Shown here one piece after another: positions 1 to 61,399 of a stretch of DNA of 64,000 nucleotides (position 1 is its first letter; every line of letters begins with the position of its first letter). Under the pieces are notes generated by a model that saw only the letters and a program-made list of their open reading frames with translations, made no database searches and had not been told where the DNA came from. Made by a program: the position numbers and the translations under genes. Where the stretch lies: positions 1,116,001 to 1,180,000 of the forward strand of contig JAYWIR010000011.1 of NCBI GenBank assembly GCA_036172245.1, written 5' to 3'. The DNA comes from Raillietiella orientalis (lineage: Eukaryota).

Positions 1-559
1 TTGGAGACTCTTGGAGCAACTTTTGCAATCTGCGAAAACAAAGATCGGAGCTCTCATCGTGATTTCTTCGCCCAATTGGGAGAGGGGAGGGGAAGCTGAC
101 ACCTCGGGTGCTCCGCGTTCGTCCGGAAAAGTCTTCAAGAAGCGGTAAGGGTGAATTTCATGTGGATCGCTTCTTGGAGTGAAAGTCCACTCCGATGCCC
201 CCGGAAACGGTGAGCTGAGGTGGTGATTTTCCGGCAGCAGCAGCAGCAGCCGTGACCTCAGACCCCCTAAATCACACACATCGTCGTCCCCAGATTCGAG
301 CGCGCGCTCAGCAATCATCCCGCGGCTCGAGCATCCAGGCCGAGCAATGCGAGAAGGTTCGTTGCTGGAAGTGCCCTTACCTCCGAAACATCAAAGCCAC
401 GAGAATGTTGCGCCATTCAGGACATGACGTCATCTTCGGTTCACACGAGGCGTAGGGGAGGGAGAGGGGGGAGGTCGGAGGCTTCATTCCGATGGCAAGG
501 GGGCGGCAGAAGGGTGCAATCAACCGGCCACCTCTGGATGGGGCCCCCGCGAACCTCGG

Positions 560-1480
560 AGGAAGCTGAGTCTGCAGGTTTCCGGTCAGAACGGGAGGCT
601 GATCTCGCGGCCTCCAAGACCTCAATCCACTGATACTCTGGGACGAGTCTGCGCCATATCTCGGGCCATTCAGCGAATTCCCATCTCATCCCTTAAAGTT
701 TCCATTCCCGTTTCTAGAGTGCAGAGCCTCCCTCCTCTCCCTTTCCCCTTCCCCGACATCCCCTGGTGCACCCAAGCGCTTGCACTCTCGATCTTCCTCC
801 TCGCCACCGACTCCATAACACCCTCTCCTTCCCTCACTGCTCCAGGAGGGAGTCCGGAAGTCCCGTCGCATTCATCGCCCCGAGTGCTGTGCCTTTCGTC
901 CCGGACCGCACGGCACGGTAGATCGACAGAACGGCGTTCCTGGAAGCAGCTCGCTAACGGCGTGGGATTCTGGGATCTGACTAGGGGGGGAAAGTTTTCA
1001 GAAACTCCGCCGCCGGAGGCTGGAGGTTGGGATGAGGCATGGCTCTCCGCCTCCAGATCGCTCGGGGAACTGCAGACGGGAGGGGCGCCTCGTTCGTGCG
1101 AGGCGAAACTCCGGAGCAAAGTCCGCCTGTCTGACCCTGCAAACGGAAGTCCAGTGAAAGGTAAACCGGTCTCGTTGCCCTGGGCAAGGATGGGTGACAC
1201 CTGCCAGTGCAGCGAACGGTGGCGTCCGCCACCCTCCAGGACGTTCCTGAAGAAGCGTGCGCCCTTCCCCGAGATTGGTCCCGTATTGGCGAACTCTGCT
1301 CTTTCTCCACAGCATCTGGGAGGCGCTGTCCGTCAAGGGTCAGACCCAGGAGTCCCATTCCTTCTCCCATGGCTGCCCGTTCCGGAGGAGCGTGCTCTCT
1401 GCCGCCATGTGATCGCCGCATTCCCTGCTGAGAGTGCAGTGGCGGAGAAGGGCAGTACCGCAGTAGGGGTTGGGGGGAAG
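560..1480 (+). mobile_element. Heavily decayed non-LTR retrotransposon reverse-transcriptase relic
   Basis: Motif-like remnants in RT order: GVGFWDLTR (cf. VAFLDLxKAFD), GAVRQGSDPGVPFLL (cf. GVRQGDPLSPLLF), VIAAFPAE (position of LAFADD). Recognised by eye only. Confidence 0.4.
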
Positions 1481-1499
1481 TAGAAGGCAAGAGGAAAGG

Positions 1500-1963
1500 G
1501 GTGGATGTTGCTACTGTTGATGATGATGGTGATTTTCATCATCATCGGAGCTGGACCCAGAGAGACTCTGCGAGCGCAGAGCGAAGAGCATCCGCACGTG
1601 GGGATGGGGAGCTGGGCCGGGGGCAGCACCCGGAGCTTCCCCTCGCAAATTCGGGGGTGCAACGGCGACGAAGCGTTGGCTGGGATGTCGACGCCGCCTT
1701 AGGCTAGCCCGCGCGCGTGCGCCACTCGGCGGCGCCCCTCTGGAGCGGCAGCGGCGACTTCGCTGGGCTCGCTTCCGCGCCGGAAGCGGCGGTCGGCGTT
1801 TCGCGTGCGCAGCCCGTTCGCCGCATGCAAGGCGAGTCGCAGGGCAGGGGTGGGGATGGAAAAGTGGGAGGAGGGGGAACCAGGGCTCTCGTCAAATGGG
1901 AAAAAGAGAGTTCAGGTGGGATCCGGGGTGCTCCCGCCGGGCGTTCGGAGAAGGAGGGGGGAG
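1500..1963. repeat. Left arm of a long (~465 bp) inverted repeat; partner at 3511-3976
   Basis: Near-identical reverse complement of 3511-3976. The ORF track shows the same peptides on opposite strands (MLLLLMMMVI..., MRHSAAPLWSGSGDFAGLAS...). Confidence 0.95.
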
Positions 1964-3510
1964 TAGGGGACGCGAGGGAACAGAAGAGGCTCCTCTTCTC
2001 AGGAACGAGGGGGAACCACAGAGGTAGCCCCTGATCTCCTCCTTGCTTTGCACCGCCTCGGGGAAGGAAAAGGAGCGAGGGTGACCCGGTCCTTTAACAA
2101 ATAAGCGATCGGTCACATCGGGGAGTTTATTTCTTAAAAATAAACATAGGGATCAATGGCAAGATGCGTGATCCTGCCACGTTACAGAATGTACAAAAAG
2201 AACCAGCTGAGAACCGGCGAGGTTCGCCACGGCAGCCCAGGAAAAGGAAAGACAAATAGAAAGAAAAACATAAAACAAAAAATACAAAAAAATGAGGGGG
2301 CGTTAGGGAAGGGATCACCTTGTGCTGGAGGGCGTCCTTTGCATCCATGCCAGAATGCCGGCAAATTCCTATTTCAAGACTCCCAGATAGGGTTATCTTG
2401 ACGCTATCTTCATGAAGAGGACGGCAGAAGAGATGACGTCCCTGTCGTCCTGGTCTCCACTGGCGTTGCTCCGTGCAGCCACGGTCACGCTGCGTAGGCA
2501 GCAAAGTGCTGCGGGGGATGCGCCCAGCATGGGGGCGTCGCAAAGGAAGAGACGCTTAAGAACATCTCTAGGGTTGTTTTCGGGGATCCGCAAAGACGCG
2601 ACAAAGCACTCCCACAGGAGACGGAGGACAACACAATCCATGAGGGGCGGGGTGGCTTGCGAGGCAGCAGCCCGGCTCTGTCTCGCAAGCCGGCTTGGCG
2701 AAGGGCCGAGGACTGGCCCTTTGGGGGAAGGGTAAACTCGGGACCTCAAGAGCGACCACCCTTGGGCACCCTTGCGCCAAACTCCTCCCTCGGAGAGCAA
2801 GGCCCCCGGAACCCACTGCTGAAACTGTGAATTTCTCCCACTCCTGAAAACGGAGGGATGGGGAGGGAAAGGGATGACGGACGGCACTCACCGTCGGACG
2901 GAGTCTTCCCGTATTCCTGAGTCTTCATTCCGAGAGGAGCGAGGGACTCTCGGAACCGTCAAGAGCGCCGGGCGCCCGGCGCCCGCAGGGCATCCGGGAG
3001 GGGGCGCCATCGCAGCACCTGCCACTCCGTCTCTCCCCGCAGGAAGAAACGGGGACGGTCAGCGCGGTAGTGGGAGGCCGGGAAGCCTGTGGAGCATACC
3101 TCCCGGTCTGCTACTTCCGACGACGGCGCTTTTCCTGGCGACCTTCGGGTCTGCCCGAGGTGCTAACCCGAGGATCAACGGGAGGCGAAGACCCGGACCG
3201 GTGCCTCGCTGAGGAAAACCCCACGGGACTGCGCGATGTGGGGATGCACTCGTCGCACGCCGCTCTCAGGCGCCGCGAGTCGAGGCGCCGCCGTCGTGGT
3301 CGGGTCGCTGCTGCAGCTCCGGTTCCGAAGCCTTTCCAAGATGGCGGAGCTATGCGCCGTCCTGGCACGGCACGGAGGCGGTCAGATCCTCCTAAGGAAA
3401 GGGAGGGGGAAGCAGGCGATCTCCTCGGACTCAACGGGCGCAATGTTCCAGGTACTCCTTCTCGCCCTCCAGGAAAGCGTCGCCAGTCCCTTACCAGAAG
3501 CGACTCGTCA

Positions 3511-3976
3511 CTCCACCCCGCCCCTTCTCCGAACGCCCGGTGGGAGCACCCTGGATCCCACCTGAACTCTCTTTTTCCCATTTGACGAGAGCCCTGGTTC
3601 CCCCTCCTCCCACTTTTCCATCCCACCCCTGCCCTGCGACTCGCCTTGCATGCGGCGAACGGGCTGCGCGCGCGAAACGCCGACCGCCGCTTCCGGCGGG
3701 GAAGCGAGCCCAGCGAAGTCGCCGCTGCCGCTCCAGAGGGGCGCCGCCGAGTGGCGCACGCGCGCGGGCTAGCCGAAGGCGGCGTCGACATCCCAGCCAA
3801 CGCTTCGTCGCCGTTGCACCCCCGAATTTGCGAGGGGAAGCTCCAGGTGCTGCCCCCGGCCCAGCTCCCCATCCCCACGTGCGGATGCTCTTCGCTCTGC
3901 GCTCGCAGAGTCTCTCTGGGTCCAGCTCCGATGATGATGAGGATCACCATCATCATCAACAGAAGCAACATTCACC
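3511..3976. repeat. Right arm of a long inverted repeat; partner at 1500-1963
   Basis: Reverse complement of 1500-1963 with only scattered substitutions and small indels. Confidence 0.95.
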
Positions 3977-6900
3977 TTTCCCCCTTTCCTTCCAGCTTCC
4001 CCTAATAGCTCATCGTCATCTGCATCCGCCTCTCCCCTTTTCGTTCAGCTTCCCACCGCCACCATCTTTCCTGCACCCTCCACCTACCCCCCGGGAACGC
4101 TTCCCCCTGCCCTCTAAGAGAAGCACCCCAAGTTCCCGATTGCGACCTGCTCCTCCCTTTCCTCTTCTCTCTTCGTCTCGCAGGCGGTGGAGACAGGGGT
4201 GGCTCACGAGCCGCTCCCGCCAGAACGCTTCCACGGGATTTCCTCCTGCCGCGATCAAGCCCGTCGATTCCCCCCTCCTACTCCCTCTTCCCTTCCTCTT
4301 TCCTCACCCAACGTCCTGAGGGGGTATCCCGGATCCCACTCGCCACGGTTCGGGGAAGGTAGCCAGCCCTGCCAGGCGGCGGCGGCAGCGGCAGCTCCAG
4401 GCGCGCTTTGTCCTCCTCCCTGCCGACTGCGGGAGAAAACCCGGCGCAGGCAGAGGGAGCCTCTCCAAGGCACGCGGGAGAGGGTGGGGGGAGAAAGAAA
4501 AGGGAAACAGGTTCCCCGTTCTCTTCCGCAGGCTCCTTCCCCGCGCGGGGGGACAACGCAGCCCTGCCCGTCCACATCTGCATCTCTCGGGACATCTAGT
4601 GGGAAGGGAAAAGGGAAACGCAGGGGCAGGCGGCAGCCGGTGCTTACGGACCCTCGACTGGTCCACCTACCCCGCTGCAGGCTCTCTTCAGGAGGATTCC
4701 GAGGGACGGGGACTCCTCCAGGAAGACGGCCGGACGTTGCGCCGTTGATTGAGGGTGCGAGCAGAGGAACGCTAACCGCTTCGATTTTCCGGTGAAACCA
4801 GCTCAGACGCCTGGTTTCCCCGTGGAGCAACATCCCCGAACTGCTCCAGGTGTAATTGCGAGGAGAATGGAATCGTTCCCGCACCTGCCGTCGGGCTGCG
4901 GCGGCGTCCTTCGGGAACTGTGACGGAGGCTAGCACGCTTGAGCGCTCCCGCACACTGGGAGGCACCGCCGAGGACCTCACCGCAGCGATTCATCTCCCA
5001 GGAGGCCAAGGGTCACCACAGACCGTGCAGTGGCTGCAACGGCATGCTGCATCCGTAGGATCATCGCCACAGACCTTGCTGGAGTCTAGGGAACCGCGAA
5101 AGGAGGTCGCACGCACGGCGGCCACCTACGCGGGGGGAAGCCGCGAGATAGGCCTCGATCTGCAGGAAGAAGTCGGAGGTGGCCGGCATTCCGTGCCATT
5201 GCCGAGCTAGAAGAAGCGGCTGAAACGGAAGATCTCTCTGTTCCTGCCTTCCATTTCTCTGTTTATTTCTTACTCCTCCGGACTGACCCTACACCTGTAT
5301 GTCGACAAACCCCTCCCCTTGAACTTCTGCTGTTACTGCTACTGCCGCTGTCGATTCGGAAACTGTTCTTGACTGGTTTGTTTATCCTTGTTGAGTAAAC
5401 GCCCCGGTGTCACTGTGCGAAGATCCGCTCTGGCTTCCCAACCGATGGAATTCACAGCTGCTCCCGTTCAGAGAAGAGTGTTCTGGAACGAGGGCGTTGC
5501 AAGAACACGCGGAGACCAATCCAAGCGCGCCCACTCGAAGGAACGGGCGACAGGGAACACGCGCGACAGCCGCGAAAATCCGCGTTTTCGCTCCGTCTTC
5601 TTCCCTGTTTGCTCCTGCCCAACTTGCAGGGACGCCGCCCCGCTCCCGTTCTCACCACCCCGCGCCTTTCAGGATGCGACATCCCTCTCCAGTCTAGCAT
5701 CTCTCTCCCTCGGAGTGAGCTGGCATCTCCGGAGAAACACGACCGGATCGCAGAGAGTAGTCCCGCTCCCTGGCCGATGACCATGTTCCTCCCTCTGGTA
5801 CGATCCACCGCCCTCAGGTGGAGCAAGAGACAGGTGTCATGGGAGACGGCTGTTGTTCAGCAGTGACTTGGAGCGCAACTTTTGGTCCGAAAGAGTGCAA
5901 AGCGGGCACCCATGCTCGAAACTTCAGGAAGTCTCACCCCGATGCTGCACGAGTATCGGGAGCGCGGGACCACTTGGCCGACAGGGGGCCATGCATCTGC
6001 GTCCACGTGACTTTTTCTTTCTCCGCCTTGGATCTCGTCGCAGTGCATACAAAAGGCGAGCCGGACTTACGCAAAGGAACCGCAAGGGTGTCCTCTGGAC
6101 CCAGGGTTTTCGAGGAAGGGGGAGGGGAGAATCTGGAAAGCAGCCGACGATGCTGGTGGAAGGGAGGGAGCACGAAAGCGGTTTGAACAGTCACTTCTGC
6201 AGTGTTTTGTCTTGCTAGCGTGTGCGACAAGATGTTCCAGAACTACTCTCTAAAAAGAACCTTCCAGAAAAACCAGGCGCTCCAGCCGAACCGAAGCATT
6301 CAGCGGCGTATTTCATGAAGGGATGGACTTTTACCTTCTATTATCACTTTTGCCCTCCAGCATTATTTTCATCCTCTTTATTTTTGCTTTCGTTTCCAGT
6401 TTTACGCATGTAGGTCGTCTTTTCCGCACTTTTTATGAGCTGGGTAATCGCGTTATACTCTTAATTTTAGTCTGTTTTTTTCCTTTCCCCTTTTTTTTTT
6501 TTTTTTTTTTGACAATCTCCCAAACTCATGTGTATTCATGTATGCGAAGAGATTCAAGCATTCATCCAGCTTTGCTCTCCACAACCTCACCATGGCCACT
6601 TCTGTTCTTTGACTCATCCGCAACTTCGCGGCTTCCCTCTCAGGCACCTGTTTTCGGGACTCCTGCATTTTAGCGGTGTTCCCTTCATTCTTTTGGATGC
6701 GCCGAAGGAAGCATCTTGGAACGTGAGCCAAAAGGTGAGGTTTGGCGAAGGAGCCCTTAGGGTGCTGGGAGCGAAACGGCAAAGAGTGCAAAGGATGCGT
6801 GCTGATATTCAGATTGGCTGATGAACTCGGGTAGGACTGCTCCGGGACCGGAGTGGACGAAAAAGGACGGAAAGCATCGGCGCGTGCACACAGATCACAC

Positions 6901-8715
6901 AGAACGGCGCAGAGTTCGCAAAAGACCCCGAAAGAGTGGATTGACTCTTCCACGGCTGATGAGGCCCACGCACCACACGCACTAGACGAAGGACTCGTTT
7001 TGTATCGGAAGCATAAAAGTCGGAATGCGTGCTGATTAGATGTTGTAGTACTTTCGCAACAAAAGCTCGCTTTAGTGACAGAGGTAAAAAAAAAAAAAAA
7101 AACTGTCAAGTCAAGCCCCCACCTAATTTGACCGCTCTTTTACGAAACATTCAAATCCTCAATAAAAAGGGAGAGCAAGGGGGGAGGAGCTAGCCCAAAA
7201 CACCAGGAACGGAGGACATACAAGCTAAGCTTCGTAACCTTTCACCGCTCCATAAAACACCGATCAATCTCAGGAGGAGGATGGACCGTAAGTGGCTCTG
7301 GCGCCAAGAAAAGGATAAAAGAGAAAAGAATAAATGAAAAGAACTTGATGAGACCAAAGTAGTTTTGGAGACCGCAGGAATGAGGCTTACGAGAAACCTG
7401 GATTGGAACTTCAGTCACGAGCCCTTCTGAGTCAAGAGACGTGAAGGAACTCGTGCCGGAGAGCTCGCCGTTCTCAAGGGCAAACGAGAAACACGAAGGA
7501 AGAGTGTGTGGACGTTCGGCCATGAAGTGGAGAAGTCTGCTCGACTGGAGCCCTCGGTGATGCAAGAGGTTATCGAAAGTTACCTTCGAGCGTGCTTTGC
7601 CAAGTGTCGCGCTGCACCTGGATGCGAGAAAAAGTGACCGCAGTAGAGTCCCAGCTCGCGTGGAACAGGGGTGAAGTAGGAAAGCCTTTGACAACCTTCA
7701 ATCAGCCCGGTAGCGCCCGTTCAAAAAACCATCGGGACGAAGGCTCCGGCCCTGGGTAGAGCAGGCAGGCGGAAACGGGGCCAGGGCACTGCTTTGGGAA
7801 AAGGAAAAATTCGCGCCAAGCTGGATCGAACCTCAGCATTCGGCGAAACCTCTCTTTGCCCCCGAGCGGTGCAGATCGTTCTTGGATCTCACGGAAGTCT
7901 GCAGCTCCCAAGTTTGAGCGCTCCCGCCGGGCGACTGCCCCCCTTTCCTTCCTCCCTCCCTCCCTCCTTCGAAAAGCAAAAACAAAAAACGAAATCTTTT
8001 TATTGCAAGAGAGTATTTGGCCAACGGGATTCTGCTTCCCGAGTCGCACCACCTGCCGGTGCCGGTGACGCTTTTCGAACGGAGTGCGCGGGTGCGGCGC
8101 GTTTCGACGCGCGTCCGATGCGCAGGCCGATAAGCAGGTAATGCTAAACGGAAGAGCTCTGCCGACGCACGGAACTTTGCCTCAACACGCCTTCTTGATG
8201 GTGAAAACAAACGAACGCACAGGGGCGATGGGGAGGGGGCAAGGGACGGGGGAGGGAGCTACACAGTAACTGAGGGTTCGAAGAATCCAAGTCCTCGCCT
8301 TTTCCCCCTTCCGGGTCAAGAAAAGAAAAAAAGGGAAAAGCAGAAAGAAAAAAAACAGACGTCATCACGCCGCAGCTCCAAATTCTTCCCGCACGAAAAG
8401 AAAAAACGCCGACGTAAGACGACGGCGACGTACGGCGCCATGATGGTCCCTTGAAGGTTTCCGCGTCACAACTTTGCAGTTTCACTGCGAGGGAACGCCA
8501 GCAGATGGCGCCTCCCCGCTCGTTTTCGCTGCTTCTTCATTCTCTGATATTAAGGTCTTGCTAACCGAAGACGTTGAAAGGGAATTAAGGGAAATCGGCT
8601 TCGTTTTCCTGGGCACCCTCATATTTTTTGTATCAGAACTGCAGTTAGGGGTCGCCTGCAATTACATGTGATTAGAATGGTGTGCACGCGTGCACACGCA
8701 TGCATCCCTTCCCCC

Positions 8716-56388
<47,673 letters not shown>

Positions 56389-57899
56389 CTGTGGAGGGGG
56401 AATGATCGGGGCGCGGTGGCAGGTCCCGGGAGGGAATGGTCGGATCGGGGCCAAGGGGAGTCTTCGGGGGTCCTGGGTGGGGCGGGGGGGCGAGGGAGCT
56501 AAGAAACACCTGCGGGCGCTGCCTTCTGCCGTTCTCTGCCGATGCGGGCCGCCGGCACCTCCGCGGAGGCGCCGGCCTCGTCCTTCCCAGCGGGCGGCTC
56601 GTTGTCGCCGTCGCCGTCGCCGTCGTCACGACGACCGCCTCCTCCTCCCGTTCTCGCCCCCCCCCGTCTCTCGCCCTCTTCCCTTCCTTCTCCGCCCGGG
56701 CGTTCTGGGTCCTTCCCTCCGTCTCACTCCCGCGGGACAACGACGCCCGGCGGCCGCCGCTTCCCGCCAGCTTGCATTCCGCCGGATGAGCAGCACGAAA
56801 CGTCCCTTCCTCCTCCTCCCACTCCTCGTCGCCCCGTCGCGTCGTCGTCCTGGGGAGCGACGGCGCTCGCCTGCCTGGAACGGACGCGGAACGCAGTTTG
56901 CGGGCGACGCGCGCCCGCGCTTCCCACTTAAGGGAATCGCAGGGAGCGGAGGGAGAGAGCGGTGCGGCGAAGAGCGGAGGGGGAGGGGAAAGGAAGAGAA
57001 AGAGTAGACCTGCGGCGACGGCGGCGCACGCGCAGGCGCGGGAGGGGAAGCGCACGGACGGGAAACCAGGGGAAAAAAAAGAAAGGGGAAAGAAAAACAC
57101 AGCAGGAGAAAGGCGACGGCCGTCGTTTCCGTTCCCTCCTTCCCCTCTGGGCGAGCCTCCTTCCCGCTTCGCCTAGTCTTCCTGCCTCTGGAAGCAGGAG
57201 GGAGCAGGGTTCGCTACCTCCTCCTTCACGTCCCGGACCCGCTTCCCGGGAGGAGAGCCCAGGACGGAGGGCAGCTCCCACCCGCCGCTTCCCTGACGGA
57301 CCCCGAGGCGGGCGAGGAGCAAGAGGGGAAGACAGGGCGGAAAGGGAAGGGGACTCATCCCTAGGGAACGCGGGCGGCGTTCCCGGAGGTGCTCTCGCGG
57401 CTTGCAAGCCCGCGGAGGCGGGACGGCGGTAGCCGCATCCTTCCCGTTTTCTCGGAGGTGGACGGCCCGGATTTCCCAGGAGGCAAGGGGAGAAGGAGGG
57501 AGGCGGCGCTCCTCTCTGCTGCCGCGCTCCACCTTGGAGGAGGGCCTCGACGCGCCATTGGAGGTGGATCCTTCCGCGCCGGAGGGCGCCACCGTCCCCT
57601 TCCTGACCGGAGACCGCTCGCTTGCGCCAGCCGCTGCCGTCAGGGCCCCCCCGATGGAGAAGAGTTGGCGGCACCGGGGAGAAAATTCGGGATGAGAGGA
57701 GTGTTCGAGTGTCCCAGCCCGTCTTCCGGCCTTGGGGTGCGGCGAACCCGCGAGCCCCTGTGGACGGGCTCCAGGAGCTTCGCTCTTCGTTCCCCTCCTC
57801 CCACCCCGATTTCACCCACTTCTGGACGTCGACGAGCCTTCCCGGCAAGGAGGAGGACAGTCCTGACCACATCCTCCCCTTCTTGTTCCCCTCGACCCC

Positions 57900-58700
57900 T
57901 CACGCCTCCCACCTGGAGGGAACTGCTACTGGCGCCCCCCTTAGGACGTTCCCGGTGGCCCCGAATCGGAGGTGTCCTTCAGGAAAGAGGGAGGCATCCC
58001 TGACCCCGGTCGAGGACATTCTCGGATCCCTCAAGAGGGTATCCTCAGAAGGAGCAAGAAGAGGGCGACGGCCCGAGAGGAGGGGCAGGGGAGGGGAGAG
58101 GGAGAAAAGAGAAGCTCCGGACGGTGCCCTCTCTTCCTTCTCCCGGAGTGGGACGGCGGCGACCCACGGGCCGTTCCATTCTACTCCGTCCCGCTTTCTC
58201 CAGGAAGAGACGAGCTCTCTCCTGGTGGCTGCTGGCGGGAGGGAAGACGAAGCTCCTCAGGGAATGTGGCGTGCGCGACGACCTCCTCCCGACCTCCGCC
58301 TGAATAAGAGAAGGTGGCGGCAGGGAATTCCTACGGAAACTTCCCTTCCCCCCACCTCCGTCTCCCTCACCCGCCTGAGATCCAGAAGGACGCTACCTGG
58401 AGCTCTCGGGTCTATGAGGGAGAGAAGGACCCGGGATTCGCCTGCTGCAGCGCTGCTAAAAGATTTCGTTCCGGGCACCAGGGGGCGTCTCCAGGAGCAG
58501 GGGATGAAGTGTCGAGGACGACGCTGGGAACAAAGAAGGAGGCGATTGCGCTCTGGAGCTCTTCCCTGTTCCCCTCCTCCTCCCGCACGCTGCCTGAGGA
58601 CCCACATCACCATCTGGCTGAAGCCCAGCCCCCTTGCTTCGGCTACAGGACCACCCCCTCGTGGGGCTCCCCTATCACCCAGTGAGGTTCTTCCAACCAA
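57900..58700 (+). mobile_element. Possible decayed RLE-type LINE relic upstream of the first coding exon
   Basis: FRKEGGIP (cf. PxKxGGLGIP), TKKEAIALWSSSLF, ITIWLKP in the expected order; weak. Confidence 0.2.
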
Positions 58701-59264
58701 GCGAACGACCTGCACGCCACCGTGGTGAGCCTCCACTTTGCCTCGCCCTGGATAGGAAGGGAGAGGGCCGAGACACCTCGACTGGGCAGCCCCGAGTTCC
58801 CGGGTACACGCGACGTGGAGGGAGCAGGAGCTGCCATGTCCGTGCTTCCGGCGATCCCTGATCTCCGTCACACTCTCTGCACGTCCCCTTCCGCGCCTCC
58901 GCCTTCCAGTTTCGGAGGTGACAGAAGGCGAAAATGTGGACGCCCCTTTTGCCCAGGGGCGCGTCCACACCCCCAAAGCTCCATTCGGGGTCTGGCACGT
59001 CTCCCCGGCTCTCGCGACGAACCTGGAAGTGCCAGCGATGTCACGTCCCTTGGAGGATTCCTACCCCCCACGGATGTCCCTCTCCTTAGTCCCGTGGCAA
59101 CCAACGCCTCTTGCGTAACCCGTCGGGAGTTGCGGCGAGATGTTCACCTCGCCAGCTCAGCGCCTGTTCCATCTGCCTCCTTTAGACCCTCCCACCGGTG
59201 TCGGAGCTTCCCGGAAGTTCCAGTCGCACTTCCCGTCCACTTCGAGTGCGAGGGGAATCAGGTC

Positions 59265-59430
59265 TAGGTCCTTTGGTTCCTCCTCTCCTTTCCTCTTCTT
59301 CCTTTTCACCTCCTCCTCCTCTTCCTCCCTCCTTCCTCCTCCTATTCTTTCCCCCTTCCTCCTTCCTTCCTTCTCCTCCCTTTCTCCTCCTCTTTTTCTT
59401 TCCTCCTTTCCTCCTCCTGCTCCTCCCTCG
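59265..59430. repeat. Long polypyrimidine (CCT/CTT) low-complexity tract
   Basis: Nearly pure C/T sequence on the plus strand. Confidence 0.85.
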
Positions 59431-61399
59431 CACCCCTTCGAACCGGAGCCATCTTCCCTCCCCTCCGCGCGGGATGCGTCGGTTGCCGACCTTTCTCCCT
59501 CCTTACGGGAATTCTCCTCCTTGCCCCGCTCCACCCCGTAATCTGCCGCCTCATGGCGTCTCTCCCACCGGAATGGAGACGCGGACGCGCTGCGGAACAT
59601 TCATGCAGCTTTTCCACGGCCTGCTCCCCGACTACCGGCACGCATCGACACCGAGGCGGATCGCCGACTCCGTCGCCCGAGATTCCATCTGCAAATCCGC
59701 AGCGCAACCGGGACGCTTATCCTCTCAGATCCCCCCCTGAAATCCCGAATTTACTGCGATGATCCCCTTATCCTCCCGAGAGTTTCGTTCCCACATTTCA
59801 GCGATCGGACGTCAGCTGTCAGCCGGCCAAGTCTCCGAAAGAGGGGTGGAAGGGAGAGAGGAGGAACAACGGAGAAAGAAAGGGATGGAGGGAAAGAAAA
59901 GGGAAGCAGCGGAAAGAGACCGCGCGCACCCGTAGCGTTTCCGGAGGATCATCCCGTCATCTCTCCTTGCTGACTGAGCACTGCCCTCTCGCTCGCTCAG
60001 ACGGCCGCATCGGCGTCTCTCGAGGGAGGCGCAGCCGGCCGGAGGAAGAACCCGAGCACTTGGGCCGGGGAAGAGTCAGCCCCTTGGGTGGCCAGGATGG
60101 AGAGGACAGGGAAAGTGCGGGATGACTCTGCGAAACTTCCGAGGAAGCGGAAGGAAGGAAGGAAGGCGGAAATGAAGTCACCCCTCCCATCACCCGACCG
60201 GCAGGGGAGCGCGCGACGCGAGCGCCCTCGGCCGTCTGCCGAGCGCCCCTCCCTCCGTCCACGAGATGCCGCCTTCAGCGGCGCAGGCGCAGCATCCCAG
60301 AGGATTCGCGCCGCCAGACGAGGGAGTTGTATGAGTGCACAGGGAGAGGAGAGGAGCGTGCGTGAGATCTCCTCCCCTGGAAACCAAACACAGAGAGAGT
60401 TCCCCTCTTGGCTTCCGGCTGCTGCTGCTCCAGCAGCAGCAGCACAGCAGCCGGCGCTTCCGGAGTGACGCTCCCCGGCGGCACGCCCTCGCGAGGATGG
60501 AGATGCGAAGTCTTCGCGATCCGATGGCCTCGTGACGATTAACTCCACGCACGGAAGGAAAGGGAACGGACGCGACGCGTGCTGCTCCTGTTGCGACGCC
60601 GACTAAGGCGGCAGAGAGAGGGCCTCCCCGGGAAGAAACTCAGGAACTGAGAGGAAATGGCGGAAGTCCGTCCTCCTCAGTCCGCATCCCACCATCCTCC
60701 TTATCTCCACCGCCGCCCAATACTATCGCCATCGCCATGACCACTCATCCACCCACCCCGCTCCATATGCGGTCGAAACTCCTCCTCCCCTTCCCCCCCT
60801 CGCGGAGAAGCCGTGAACTTACGGAAGCGACTCTTGCGCTCACGTCTACTCATCCTCCGGGGAATTCTCCCCGGATCACGGACAGGAGGAACGCGCTCTC
60901 GAGCGCCCCATCCCGGTGGCTAGGAGCACTCTCTACTCCTTCGCCCCCTGTTCCTGCTACTGCCCCCGTCAGAAGAGGCTGCAAGTACCCCTGCGCGTCG
61001 GCACGCCTTCACTCTCGAGGAGGGCGGGAAGCCGCCTCGAGGACCGTCGCCGCGTCAGCGAACTGCACGCCACGACGACGACGAGCGAACGGGAATCCAC
61101 CGAAGTCGTCCCGGCGCTCTCCGGGAGGCCAGCTGGAAAGCGGGAAAAGTGAGGAGGGGGAGCAGAGGAGAGCATCCAGGGAGGTTCTGAACTCTTGCGA
61201 TCGATTTTCCCCTCCTCCATTACCTTCGTTCTGTCTTCTGTCGCTTCCCGGCTCTGGGAACAGCTGCCAGCCAGGGACGGCGGGTCGCCGACGAGGCCTC
61301 AGAGAGTCTCGGTGCCACCTACGCGCCCGCGTGTTCATCGGAAGCTGCGGCTGTCCTTGGGAGACGAGGAAAACCCGGGAATCCCTCTGTTCCCGGATC

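Noticed and set aside
60414..60452. CTG/CAG hairpin (ccggctgctgctgct...agcagcagcacagcagccgg)
   Set aside because: Short triplet-repeat complementarity that is easily produced by chance, with no other support.
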